A DNA stretch of 64,000 bases from an uncultured virus (IMG/VR IMGVR_UViG_3300032296_001854) (Duplodnaviria > Heunggongvirae > Uroviricota > Caudoviricetes). The translations under genes were made by a program, and so were the position numbers. How positions within the stretch are numbered: position 1 is the first letter of the stretch; every line of letters begins with the position of its first letter. The stretch lies in the IMG/VR virus record IMGVR_UViG_3300032296_001854; one strand, 5' to 3'. Below are positions 11,301-19,778 of this stretch, piece by piece. Below the pieces are notes generated by a model that was not told the origin of the DNA, made no database searches, and worked only from the letters and a program-made list of their open reading frames with translations.

Positions 11301-12030
11301 TAACCAGTCTGCTGCATCTGCTGACTACTATGCACGTGGTCTAGATGGAATTTCAAACACAGGCGGCGGTGGCGGCGGTGGAGGTTCAACCTTGTCTAAC
11401 GACCCAGCAACTTTCATCAACCACGCATCCGCAAACGTTGCTGTCAACTACGAAGCAATCTCAGCTGAGTACTTCAAGTGGACACCTATTTACAATGCAA
11501 CAATTCTTATCTCTGCACAAGCAGGCTTCTATGGTGCAAACGTTCTACGTACAACCATTCAGGATGTTGGTAATGCAAAGATTACAACTACATGGCAATC
11601 ATTCCCAATCTTGCCACGTATCCCACTGTTCTTCACAGGTGTGGCTGCACGTCTAACTACAGCACCTGCTGGTGTAACATCACCGTTGTTCCCAGGTCTT
11701 GCTAAGCGTGTACGCCCAACAGTTCGTTGGAAAGATGAAAGAAATATACTTATCCGTGAAGACCGTCCAGACTATAACATCGTGTTTGCTGGAACCAACG
11801 CCATTACATACCTTGGCATAGCTGGTGCAACATCAGGTTCTTGGTTAACACTCCAAGCTCCAGATAATGCAGCATTCTTTGATGTATGCTGGGAGTTCTT
11901 GTACTTTGATGCAGGCGACATTGTAGATGTTGACCTTGGTGGTTGCCAGTATCAAGGCTATAAGGCTGATGGTGGATACGGAGCAGATGGCTACGCGCTT
12001 ATCCGCTGGTATGATAAAGCAGTCCTATAA
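8383..12030 (+). CDS. Glycine-rich tail fibre/adhesin with CBM-like domains
   Basis: 'FTASGTWTVPAGVTSAQVILVGGGGGGG' Gly-rich N-terminus, 'FFDNIQLEVG' CBM4/9-like motif, C-terminal 'GYGADGYALIRW'. Confidence 0.8.
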   Translation: MAISSSKEFIVFPNDNSGRVYIKEQAFTASGTWTVPAGVTSAQVILVGGGGGGGGGSQNVAGGGGGGGQVVVRNIDVNPLQTYQVTIGAGGVGGLGAQTGAADETSTLPGGNGTPTTFGTVTVANLLTNTDFDYNILGWDTDVVFRSATGISGQSGLTVYPNAAGISVGQIVTGGNIAAGAVVTSITGNVVAVSVANTGVVSGIIRFDNDTIRTRPSTVFFNNISGGGDSNNPQTSNTPGSPYFQNLSNNILMPQLSQLEESALITNNNIRQYGVSLSTFTITNAGVPTKLPEMSGGYTKLISGSLSSLTATLDSTLNVYPGMFIAGNGLQSGTTVVSVNSSTSITLSAALTANLTNESVTVSYSGSTGAQALIAGTSSSTASGNPTWIQFSNMNSTTTSNGTQTVAGFQGVPYIPGATYTMSAYVSTNVNISTSTPILFQIRSAGASRNAASNVSYVGGSNSATTDSIDAGTANGFFVRQATPAALTNYGGNFTTTANAGNGSSSIVVADATGILQSMAITGSGIQSGTTVQSVVGTTVNLSLPTNAAITNGSVSFNSGNSQVLGSNVTPAQTPWRRISATFTTPSIATTLANSVYPFGSTPQFIHPVIVLTQGSVNYFFDNIQLEVGNTTTTWRPPTYREAQALLVTSNNAQGGNLEASHRFVKSVAGTQYSGSAFVVDMGTANQYRPVRGFIEFFDRDYNSLLRTEGSNVFLPISGAQSLNQQMPNVTYPVRVGVTATAPAGTSFMKFGVMKLNGTQSSSAGAIEFAVIAPQLEVAAVPTIYKEVDGINYVYAGQPGITPIVTVASVSAEGGGGGGTYNANSLVWQYGLEGGNNGGHASRNAHTSMTLAGGGAGAGSAGFNALSYTPPFSTSPSGGYNTTSGSSQQVWPLRGNYGGHALWNTGTGNASIPGWAGDGGYGQMINGLNSGSPLGIALGGGGGGAGWISNSQNLTAPGRGNGGGGKGGGTWIVNQSAASADYYARGLDGISNTGGGGGGGGSTLSNDPATFINHASANVAVNYEAISAEYFKWTPIYNATILISAQAGFYGANVLRTTIQDVGNAKITTTWQSFPILPRIPLFFTGVAARLTTAPAGVTSPLFPGLAKRVRPTVRWKDERNILIREDRPDYNIVFAGTNAITYLGIAGATSGSWLTLQAPDNAAFFDVCWEFLYFDAGDIVDVDLGGCQYQGYKADGGYGADGYALIRWYDKAVL

Positions 12031-12040
12031 GGAGTAACTA

Positions 12041-12346
12041 ATGGCTAAATATGCACTTATCGACGCAACAATAGTAGACTCTGTAGTAGTAGCTAGCTCC
12101 GAGGAAAGCCTCGGAGTTTTAGCTCAAATTTTTGGTGTAATAGACGTTACCTCTGTAGTACCACAGCCTTCAAAGGGTTGGACGTACGAAAACGGTATCT
12201 TCTATCCACCTAAATTAACGGAAGCTGCTAAGGCTCTTTGGAACGGAACAGGTTTTGAAGACCCAAATATTATTGATGCAGAGGTTATAGAAGAAACCCC
12301 TGCTATCGAAGAAACAACTGCAACTTCTAGTAGAAAGAGAAAGTAA
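12041..12346 (+). CDS. Tail fibre assembly chaperone-like protein
   Basis: 'MAKYALID...GWTYENGIFYPP', directly after the fibre gene. SD AAGGAG. Confidence 0.6.
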   Translation: MAKYALIDATIVDSVVVASSEESLGVLAQIFGVIDVTSVVPQPSKGWTYENGIFYPPKLTEAAKALWNGTGFEDPNIIDAEVIEETPAIEETTATSSRKRK

Positions 12347-12730
12347 ATGGCAATATCATCATCGCCTACGGTGTTGACCCAGTCTAACGACGCCTACATC
12401 AACGCTGGACATACTGGACGTTTGCAGACCTTTTCTGCATCAACTGGTGCAGTAAGTATTAACGTAACTAACGGACCTTTTATCCGTATTGCAAATCCTG
12501 TTGGTGCGGTTACCGTAACCTTTGTTGGTATTCCAACTGGTTATGGAAATCTATGGCAGGTAGAAGTTGCTAGCCGTGGAGCTAACGCTGTTGCATTTAA
12601 CAACATCATTTGGGATGGTGGCTCAGCCCCAACTATAGCTTCAGGTACTGGTAAGACTGTTCTTGAGTTCTACTCATGGGATGGCGGTACCCAAGTCTAC
12701 GGTCGCGCTAAGTTTGAAACCCTAGCTTAA
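12347..12730 (+). CDS. Small virion beta protein
   Basis: Fibre-tip-like motif 'IIWDGGSAPT...VLEFYSWDGG'. Confidence 0.65.
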   Translation: MAISSSPTVLTQSNDAYINAGHTGRLQTFSASTGAVSINVTNGPFIRIANPVGAVTVTFVGIPTGYGNLWQVEVASRGANAVAFNNIIWDGGSAPTIASGTGKTVLEFYSWDGGTQVYGRAKFETLA

Positions 12731-12741
12731 TTTATAGAAAT

Positions 12742-12779
12742 AGCTCCCCGCCGTCCCCAGGGACTGGCGGGGCTTTTCT
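12742..12779 (+). terminator. Rho-independent terminator
   Basis: ccccgccgtccc-ca-gggactggcgggg followed by cttttct. Confidence 0.75.
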
Positions 12780-12800
12780 ATTTAAAGGTACAATTAATTT

Positions 12801-13859
12801 ATGAAAATAGCCGTATACACCATCGCATTAAATGAGGAACAGTTTGTAGAACGCTGGTATGAATCAGCTAAAGAAGCTGACTACCTCATGATTGTTGATA
12901 CAGGCTCCGTTGATGAGACTGTAAGTAAGGCTGAAGCCCTAGGAATTGTGTGCCACAAAATTAGCATACGTCCATGGCGCTTTGATGACGCCCGCAATGC
13001 TGCCCTTGCTTTATTACCTGATGATATTGACTATTGCATATCTTTAGATATGGACGAATTGCTGGCACCAGGTTGGCGAAAAGAAATGGAAAAGGTTCCA
13101 AAAGGTTCCACGCGTATACGCTACGACTACACCTGGAACTTTAACGACGATGGAACCCCAGGCTTAACATTTGGTGGAGATAAGATTCACGCACGTCACG
13201 GTTATCGTTGGGTTCATCCTGTTCATGAGTGTTTGTATACAGACCGTATAGAAGAAAAAGAATATTGGTCTAAGTTAGGACTATGGCACAAAGCTGATAA
13301 TTCTAAATCCCGTGGGCAGTACCTGCCTCTTCTTAAACTGTCAATAGAAGAAGACCCAGATAATGACCGTAACGCCTACTACTACGCTAGAGAACTATTT
13401 TTTCACGGACAGCTTGAAGAAGCTAAAATCCAGTTCGAACGTCATCTATCGCTTCCTAAAGCCATATGGAAAGCTGAGCGTGCATCGTCTATGCGCTATA
13501 TAGCCAAGTGCTCTACAGATGAAACGGAAAAAATAAAGTGGTGGAAACTATCAACTCAAGAAGCCCCTGGTAGAAGAGAGGGATATGTTGAGTGGGCTAA
13601 CTATCATTACGAAAAAGGCAACTTTACAGAGTGCCTACATCTGTGCAAAAAAGCACTTAATATTAAAGAACGAGATATGGACTATTTAAATGAGGCATTT
13701 GCTTGGGGTTCTCTTCCTTACGACTTAGCCGCCGTATGTTCTTTTTGGCTTGGTGAAAAAGAAAAAGCGGTTGAATATGCCGAGAAGGCGGTAGAGCTAG
13801 ACCCGACAAATGAAAGATTAAAGAGTAACCTAGAACTTTGTAGGAAGGAGATTGCCTAA
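12801..13859 (+). CDS. GT2-family glycosyltransferase with C-terminal TPR repeats
   Basis: 'IALNEE', 'VDTGSVD', 'FDDARNAAL', 'SLDMDE', 'VHE' and TPR-like helices ('AEKAVELDP'). Leaderless promoter TACAAT-N6-ATG. Confidence 0.9.
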   Translation: MKIAVYTIALNEEQFVERWYESAKEADYLMIVDTGSVDETVSKAEALGIVCHKISIRPWRFDDARNAALALLPDDIDYCISLDMDELLAPGWRKEMEKVPKGSTRIRYDYTWNFNDDGTPGLTFGGDKIHARHGYRWVHPVHECLYTDRIEEKEYWSKLGLWHKADNSKSRGQYLPLLKLSIEEDPDNDRNAYYYARELFFHGQLEEAKIQFERHLSLPKAIWKAERASSMRYIAKCSTDETEKIKWWKLSTQEAPGRREGYVEWANYHYEKGNFTECLHLCKKALNIKERDMDYLNEAFAWGSLPYDLAAVCSFWLGEKEKAVEYAEKAVELDPTNERLKSNLELCRKEIA

Positions 13860-14380
13860 TGAGAGGTCACACCCCAGGCGGTCGTTTTGACGCTGACTTT
13901 GAAACCACCGACCTATTAAAAGGTGTGGACCACGACCTTAAACACCCAGTGGGTACAAAAGCTCTTTGGTATGTATGGAACCCTGCGGCAACCGTAGTTG
14001 ACCCTATCTACGACACTGGTCAAGATATAACCAACAACCTTGGTGGCAAAAGATGGCTTGGTCCTTATGAACTTCCTGTAGTTAGAGCAGTTATCACTCA
14101 AGGTCAAGCTAAGACTTCGGCGGTTGGTTACTACAACGCAGATGAGCTTCACCTTACTCTTAACATTGAAGACGTTGAAAAGATTGCCCCTGGTGTTATT
14201 GCAAACCCAGATAGGCAAAACCGCGGTCGTCTAATCTGGAAGAACCAGGTATACCGTCCATATGCAGTACAAGAAAGAGGCATTGTTGCTGAAAGATTTA
14301 CCCTACTAGTAGTAGACTGTATACAGGTCATGCCAGAAGAAATGGTCAATGACCCACAATTTTTAGCGTACGCTAATTAG
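13859..14380 (+). CDS. Putative head closure/neck protein
   Basis: 173 aa, translationally coupled, in the structural block upstream of neck and sheath genes. Confidence 0.45.
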   Translation: MRGHTPGGRFDADFETTDLLKGVDHDLKHPVGTKALWYVWNPAATVVDPIYDTGQDITNNLGGKRWLGPYELPVVRAVITQGQAKTSAVGYYNADELHLTLNIEDVEKIAPGVIANPDRQNRGRLIWKNQVYRPYAVQERGIVAERFTLLVVDCIQVMPEEMVNDPQFLAYAN

Positions 14381-14388
14381 GAGGCCAT

Positions 14389-14673
14389 ATGGCTTTACAT
14401 CATCAATCACACACAGTAGGAACTGAACCAGTTTTATTAGTAAACCTACCTGCAAAATGCCCAACTACTGTAGTTCAAATTGTTAATGACGATAACAACT
14501 CTATCTATATTGGAGATTCTACCGTTACTACCACTGGTATAGATAAAGGTCTTACTGTAAAGAAAGACTCTGTTTACTCTATTCAATTAAATGCTGGAGA
14601 TAAATTGTACGGGATAGCCGCTACGACTACGGGCGCTAACGCAGTTTCAGTTCTTTACTCAGGAGTATTTTAA
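14389..14673 (+). CDS. Small beta-rich virion protein
   Basis: SD AGGAGG; 'IYIGDSTVTTT.G...L.AGDKLYGIA'. Confidence 0.7.
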   Translation: MALHHQSHTVGTEPVLLVNLPAKCPTTVVQIVNDDNNSIYIGDSTVTTTGIDKGLTVKKDSVYSIQLNAGDKLYGIAATTTGANAVSVLYSGVF

Positions 14674-14894
14674 TGGCGCAAAAAGAAAAACCAGCTAAGC
14701 TTCTTGCTGGTGGAGCACCGCACGTTGTCTATAAAAAAGACAAGAAAGTGGTTGTTGACCACCTTGGTAAAAAAGGCGGAAAAAACGACAAAATAAATTT
14801 AACCCAAAAAGGCGGAGCTAAGACAGTGAAGCAAGGGGTTAAGGCGGTAAAAAACTGGCATTCAAAGAGTGCCCATCGTAGTCAGGGACGTTAA
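14673..14894 (+). CDS. Small Lys-rich basic protein
   Basis: Coupled by TAATG; K/G-rich, 73 aa. Confidence 0.7.
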   Translation: MAQKEKPAKLLAGGAPHVVYKKDKKVVVDHLGKKGGKNDKINLTQKGGAKTVKQGVKAVKNWHSKSAHRSQGR

Positions 14895-15064
14895 TGGCTA
14901 AAAAAGAAAAACCAGTCTGGGAGAAGAAGGACCCAACCCCAGGCAAATCTAGTAAACTATCTAAGAAGCAGAAATCCTCTGCTAAGGCTAGGGCGAAGGC
15001 AGCAGGCCGTCCCTATCCTAACCTCGTCGACAACATGGCTGCTGCAAGAAAGAAGAAAAAATAA
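14894..15064 (+). CDS. Small Lys-rich basic protein, 56 aa (not in ORF track)
   Basis: MAKKEKPVWEKKDPTPGKSSKLSKKQKSSAKARAKAAGRPYPNLVDNMAAARKKKK, with TAATG overlaps at both ends. Confidence 0.75.
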   Translation: MAKKEKPVWEKKDPTPGKSSKLSKKQKSSAKARAKAAGRPYPNLVDNMAAARKKKK

Positions 15065-15195
15065 TGTGCGCAACATGTGGATGCATGGGCTCAAAAAAGT
15101 CCGCTAAGAAAGCAGCAGCTCCAAAGAAGGCAGCCAAGAAGGCAGCCGCTAAGAAGATGCCAGCATTCTTGAAGAAAGCAGCAAAGAAGAAGTAA
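15064..15195 (+). CDS. Histone H1-like KKAA-repeat peptide with a CxxCxC head, 43 aa (not in ORF track)
   Basis: MCATCGCMGSKKSAKKAAAPKKAAKKAAAKKMPAFLKKAAKKK; TAATG coupling. Confidence 0.7.
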   Translation: MCATCGCMGSKKSAKKAAAPKKAAKKAAAKKMPAFLKKAAKKK

Positions 15196-15197
15196 TC

Positions 15198-15455
15198 ATG
15201 GCCAAAACTCCATCCTTTATGAAGGGCAAGTACACTAAGTCCAAAGACGAAAAAATGGATGCCCGACTTATGAAAAAGGGCGGCATTAAGGACAAAGATG
15301 ACAAAGCTGAGTTCCATAAATTGGACACAGCCCACGGCAAAAAGAAGAAGCCAAAGACTATTGCAGAAGATAAAAAAATTGACCTAAAGATTATTAAGAA
15401 GGTCAAGGCAAAAGAAAAGGCTGAGGAAAAGGCCGAAAAAAAGAAAAAGAAGTAA
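15198..15455 (+). CDS. Small Lys-rich protein
   Basis: 85 aa, K/D/E-rich, ends in poly-Lys. Confidence 0.7.
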   Translation: MAKTPSFMKGKYTKSKDEKMDARLMKKGGIKDKDDKAEFHKLDTAHGKKKKPKTIAEDKKIDLKIIKKVKAKEKAEEKAEKKKKK

Positions 15456-15462
15456 ACTGCTT

Positions 15463-15490
15463 AGGGGCCCAAACGGGCCCCTTTGCTTTA
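15463..15490 (+). terminator. Rho-independent terminator
   Basis: aggggccc-aaac-gggcccct then ttgcttta. Confidence 0.75.
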
Positions 15491-15563
15491 TCCTAGTTAG
15501 TGAGCCCATGCGGGGCTCAAAGCACCACCCCTGCGTTTACCCTGCTACTCCTACAGGAGCACC

Positions 15564-15725
15564 ATGCCTGAAGATAACAAGATAAGTAAAGCTTCCGATG
15601 TGGAATTCATCGAGGCTTTAGCCGAAGCCAATAAAGGCTCGGGCGCTGGCGTGTGGAAAGCACTTGTAATAGGAGCAGTAACGCGAGGGATTATTAACGG
15701 TGTTACCAACAAGCGTCGTAAATAA
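15564..15725 (+). CDS. Small hypothetical protein, 53 aa (not in ORF track)
   Basis: SD AGGAG then MPEDNKISKASDVEFIEALAEANKGSGAGVWKALVIGAVTRGIINGVTNKRRK. Confidence 0.55.
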   Translation: MPEDNKISKASDVEFIEALAEANKGSGAGVWKALVIGAVTRGIINGVTNKRRK

Positions 15726-16023
15726 TTTTAATTCTAAGCTGTCGTCATCATCAATCTCGTTGACAGCCGAGCTTCGTCGTCACGCTCTCAATCGAGGCTG
15801 GCCTAGTGAGATAGTCAATTCTTTAGCGGTCGTTAAAAACGGCGGCTTACTTGACATTACTTACCCAGAACAGTTTCGTACACAGATAGAGAACTTAGAG
15901 TATGGCGATGGTCCTAATCCACCCTCACCCGTTCTTCGTTCTTTTAACTACAGGGCAGACCAACTAGCTGAAGACATCTATGAGGAAACTCATGAGTCAA
16001 TAGTAGAAACGAGCAAGATATAA
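15700..16023 (+). CDS. Putative neck/tail component
   Basis: 'NLEYGDG..PPSPVLR' resembles the HK97 gp10-like 'EYG...P.P.LR' motif; position fits. Confidence 0.55.
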   Translation: MLPTSVVNNFNSKLSSSSISLTAELRRHALNRGWPSEIVNSLAVVKNGGLLDITYPEQFRTQIENLEYGDGPNPPSPVLRSFNYRADQLAEDIYEETHESIVETSKI

Positions 16024-16024
16024 C

Positions 16025-16666
16025 ATGGGTAATCCATTTATTATTGCTGAGGACCTAGCCTTAAAAACCCTATTACAAGGAATGACTGTGTCAGATGAGA
16101 AGAACGCATCTCGTCAAGTTAAGGTGTGGTTTGGGTATCCAGACGTTGAAGTCAGAGCCCAAGAATTCCCATTTGTAACTATTGACTTAATTGACATGTT
16201 ACCCGCAAACGATAGGCAAACCTCAGGAATGCTTACCGACAACGATTACAGAGGAACGATATCCCCTGTAAGCAATAGGACCTACTCCTATGAAATACCA
16301 GTAGCTTTTGATTTGGTCTATCAGATTACGACCTACGCGAGAAATCCGCGACATGATAGGGCCATCATTCATCAGCTTACAACTAAGTTTCCATCAAAGT
16401 ACGGCGGCTTGTTAGTGCCTAATGAACTAGGTACTGAAACCTCAAGACGACATATGTTCCTTGATGGGTTTGCAAAAAGGGATGCAGTTGACGGTGAAAC
16501 TGGCAACCGCAGACTTCTTCGCAATGTTTACACAGTAAGAGTTGTTAGCGAACTTACCCCGCTTGCTGCAAAGATTGCTACCAAGCGTGTTGAGGAAGTT
16601 AACATCAACACTAACCCAGTGTCCGTACCACAAGCCGTAATCCCTGCAGGACTAACAAAACTCTAA
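16025..16666 (+). CDS. Tail terminator/completion protein
   Basis: 'FPFVTIDL', 'DLVYQITTYAR'; immediately before the sheath gene. Confidence 0.65.
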   Translation: MGNPFIIAEDLALKTLLQGMTVSDEKNASRQVKVWFGYPDVEVRAQEFPFVTIDLIDMLPANDRQTSGMLTDNDYRGTISPVSNRTYSYEIPVAFDLVYQITTYARNPRHDRAIIHQLTTKFPSKYGGLLVPNELGTETSRRHMFLDGFAKRDAVDGETGNRRLLRNVYTVRVVSELTPLAAKIATKRVEEVNINTNPVSVPQAVIPAGLTKL

Positions 16667-16705
16667 TAAACGGTCACCAAAGTTTAAACAAAGGAGATAT
16701 AACAA

Positions 16706-18208
16706 ATGGCAGTACTACGACCAGGGGTCTACGTCGAAGAGACGCTTAACCCTGTTGCACCTGTAGTTGGCCCGAACTCAGATTCTATTGGTGCTTTTAT
16801 TGGCGCTAACGATAGAGGACCAGTTCTTATACCAACACTTGTAACTTCTTGGAGCCAGTATGTAACCCTATTTGGTTCTTGGAATACCAATGCAACTAAC
16901 GATTTACCTTTAGCTGTATACATGTTCTTTTCAAATGGCGGAAGCCAGTGCTACGTTGTTCGTATAACAAACGGCGCTACTGTTGCAACCCGTTCTTTGG
17001 CAGACCGTGCAGCAACACCATCTACAACCCTTCAAATTCAAGCAAAGAACGCTGGCGCTTGGGGTAACAACATTAACATTTCAGTAGTTAACTCTGTTAC
17101 AACAGGTCTATTTGATTTGCTTGTTTACTACAACGGCAACACAGATGCTAACTTGGTAGAGCGTCACAATGACCTTTCCATGACAGCCTCTAATGCTCGT
17201 TATGCACCAACAGCAGTAAACGCAGCATCAAATTATGTAGTTCTTACAGACCTAAACTCTGGAAACACTGGAGCTACACGTAACCCAGCTGTTGTAACTA
17301 ACCAAACTCTTGCTACTGGAAGCGCTGGAAGCGCCCTAGGAAACAATGATTATGGAACTGGTTTGCTAGCTCTTGATGTTGTTAAGCAATCTTTGATTCT
17401 TAACGTTCCAGGAATTTCAAACGTACCTGTAATTAACGCAGCAATTGGTTACGCAAACTTTAGACAAGATGTCTTTGTTGTTATTGATGGAGTTTCTGAT
17501 GTAGTTTCTACACAACTTGCTCTTGCTTCTCAATATACTTCTAGCTCATTAGCTGCAGTTTATTATCCAAATCTATTAATATCTGACCCAACAGTATCTG
17601 TTGGTTCTGGTTCTGGACGCACTGTTGCAGTAGGTTCTGGCGCCGCAGTTGTAGGTTTGATTAGCTCAACAGATGCATCACGCGGAGTGTTTAAAGCACC
17701 AGCAGGCTTGCAAGCACGTCTTGCAGGAGTTGTATCAGTTGTTACTCTAACTAATGCTGAACTTGATAACCTTAACTCAGCAGCAGCACCAGTAAACGCA
17801 ATTAAGTTTGTACCTGGTTCTGGATTTGTTGTTATGGGTTCACGAACACTTAGACCTGGATACGTAGACAAATACGTACCAGTACGCCGCACACTTATCT
17901 ATCTACGTAAGGCTCTTACAGACCTTACTGAGTTTGCCATCTTTGAACCAAACGACGAAGCACTATGGCGTCGTATTGAAGCAAACGTTAGTACATTCCT
18001 AACAGACTTCTGGAGCAAGGGCGGTCTACGAGGCACAACACCTCAAGCAGCATTCTTTGTTAAGGTTGATGCAGAAAACAACCCACAAAGTTCAATTGAT
18101 AATGGATATGTAAACATCGAAGTCGGTGTCGCATTACAGCGTCCAGCTGAGTTCATCATCATTAAAATCGGTCAGTTTGACGGTGGAACCACCGTTACTG
18201 TGGCGTAA
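16706..18208 (+). CDS. Contractile tail sheath protein
   Basis: 'RPGVYVEE', 'FFSNGG', 'RGVFKAPAG', 'YVPVRR', 'FEPND', 'PAEFIII'. Confidence 0.97.
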   Translation: MAVLRPGVYVEETLNPVAPVVGPNSDSIGAFIGANDRGPVLIPTLVTSWSQYVTLFGSWNTNATNDLPLAVYMFFSNGGSQCYVVRITNGATVATRSLADRAATPSTTLQIQAKNAGAWGNNINISVVNSVTTGLFDLLVYYNGNTDANLVERHNDLSMTASNARYAPTAVNAASNYVVLTDLNSGNTGATRNPAVVTNQTLATGSAGSALGNNDYGTGLLALDVVKQSLILNVPGISNVPVINAAIGYANFRQDVFVVIDGVSDVVSTQLALASQYTSSSLAAVYYPNLLISDPTVSVGSGSGRTVAVGSGAAVVGLISSTDASRGVFKAPAGLQARLAGVVSVVTLTNAELDNLNSAAAPVNAIKFVPGSGFVVMGSRTLRPGYVDKYVPVRRTLIYLRKALTDLTEFAIFEPNDEALWRRIEANVSTFLTDFWSKGGLRGTTPQAAFFVKVDAENNPQSSIDNGYVNIEVGVALQRPAEFIIIKIGQFDGGTTVTVA

Positions 18209-18223
18209 AGGAGATAACCACAA

Positions 18224-18814
18224 ATGGCTAGCAGCATAATCAACCGCCACTCAACCTTGGCAACAGACCCGTTACGTTCGTTTCGGTTCTTTGCTCAGTT
18301 TGAGGCAGCTAAAGAAGGCGGCGTGTTTAATAACAAACTCGTCACTTGGTCAGGCGGCTTTAGCAACATCAGTGGTTTGAGCGTTAATACTCAGGCCATC
18401 CAATACCGTGAAGGCGGTTACAACACCACAGTACACCAGGTACCAGGTATGACTACCTTTACACCAATTACATTCCAGCGTGGAGTTCTTGACGGAAACG
18501 ACCAGGCAATCACATGGATGCGCGGACTGTTTGCTGCTGCATCTGGTGAAGGTCTTGCTGTTTCAACAGGTAAAGGCTTCCGCGTAAACATTAAGGTGTT
18601 TGTAGCAGACCATCCAAACTCAGGTCCTACAGACGTTCAGCGCTACAAAATGGGCTTCAAGATTCATAACGCCTGGATTACTGCGCTAAACTATACAGAC
18701 CTTAATGCAGCAGATGGGGCAATCTTGTTTGAGTCAATGACACTCGTTCATGAAGGATTATCAGTGTTCTTTACAGACGACGATGGCAAAGACCCAGCAG
18801 GTCTCATTTCTTAA
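18224..18814 (+). CDS. Tail tube protein (T4 gp19-like)
   Basis: 'DPLRSFRF', 'YREGG', 'PITFQRG', 'ESMTLVHEG'. Confidence 0.95.
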   Translation: MASSIINRHSTLATDPLRSFRFFAQFEAAKEGGVFNNKLVTWSGGFSNISGLSVNTQAIQYREGGYNTTVHQVPGMTTFTPITFQRGVLDGNDQAITWMRGLFAAASGEGLAVSTGKGFRVNIKVFVADHPNSGPTDVQRYKMGFKIHNAWITALNYTDLNAADGAILFESMTLVHEGLSVFFTDDDGKDPAGLIS

Positions 18815-18841
18815 TTAACAACAACTTTAGGAGTATAAATC

Positions 18842-19636
18842 GTGCCAGATATTATTACTGATGCAGAACTTGTAAACAAATTCGCAGCAAAGGCGATGGA
18901 GGAGCCCGCACAGGTCATTAAGACGCGGGCCCCTTCAGAGTCAGAAGTATCTTTGCCAGGCGGTTTCTTAGAAGCTAACGGTGAAGTTATCAGGACAGTC
19001 GAGGTAAGAGAACTTACTGGAGCTGATGAAGAGGCGGTTGCTAAAGCTGGTTCTTCAGGCAAAGCGCTTGACGTGCTATTGCAGAGGGGTCTAGCAAAAA
19101 TTGGGTCTAGGACTGTAGAGAAAGAAGACCTAAACTCACTTCTTGCTGGAGATAGAGACGCAATTCTTTTAGGTATTAGAAGAGTTACGTTTGGTGACGA
19201 TATGGAAATCGGTTACCGTTGCCGCACTTGCGGTGAGGAACAGCGAGATTCACTGTTACTAAGTAAAGATGTACCTGTTGTTTCTTTAGAAGACCGTGCT
19301 CAAGAGGGCACTTTTGAAGTAGAAACTAAGAAGGGCACAGCAGTTGTTGCTTTACCAAATGGTATTACACAGCGCAAGCTGATGGAAAACATTGATAAAA
19401 CAACAGCAGAAATTAATACCTTGTTACTATCTGGATGCATTGTTTCACTAAACGGCTCACCATCTTCTGGAGCTTCTACTGCCCTATCACTAGGTATGGC
19501 GGATAGAACAAAAATCGTTGATGAGATTATCAAACGTAACCCAGGCCCACGCCTAGGGGAGGTGAAGAAGGCTTGTCAGGCATGCGGTGAAAACGTACTT
19601 CTACCGCTTAGCTTGCTAGATTTGTTTCGCCTTTAG
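18842..19636 (+). CDS. Tail assembly chaperone / T4 gp26-like baseplate hub assembly protein
   Basis: 'VRELTGADEE', 'GDRDAILLGIRRVTFG' and two CxxC pairs; lies between tube and tape measure. Confidence 0.8.
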   Translation: MPDIITDAELVNKFAAKAMEEPAQVIKTRAPSESEVSLPGGFLEANGEVIRTVEVRELTGADEEAVAKAGSSGKALDVLLQRGLAKIGSRTVEKEDLNSLLAGDRDAILLGIRRVTFGDDMEIGYRCRTCGEEQRDSLLLSKDVPVVSLEDRAQEGTFEVETKKGTAVVALPNGITQRKLMENIDKTTAEINTLLLSGCIVSLNGSPSSGASTALSLGMADRTKIVDEIIKRNPGPRLGEVKKACQACGENVLLPLSLLDLFRL

Positions 19637-19775
19637 TGAAGCAGATTACGAAAGCCTACTAGACCAATACGAGATTCTTACTAGAACTTTTGTTGGTTGG
19701 ACACTTACAGAAATTCGTGGGCTCTCACCTAGAGAGCGCATGAACTGGTTAGAGCGGTCGAAAAGGACAAGATAG
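19632..19775 (+). CDS. Frameshift extension of the tail assembly chaperone (+1 frame, 47 codons)
   Basis: FSEADYESLLDQYEILTRTFVGWTLTEIRGLSPRERMNWLERSKRTR. It has no usable start codon and is entered at CTT-TAG-T. Confidence 0.7.
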   Translation, partial: FSEADYESLLDQYEILTRTFVGWTLTEIRGLSPRERMNWLERSKRTR

Positions 19776-19778
19776 TAA

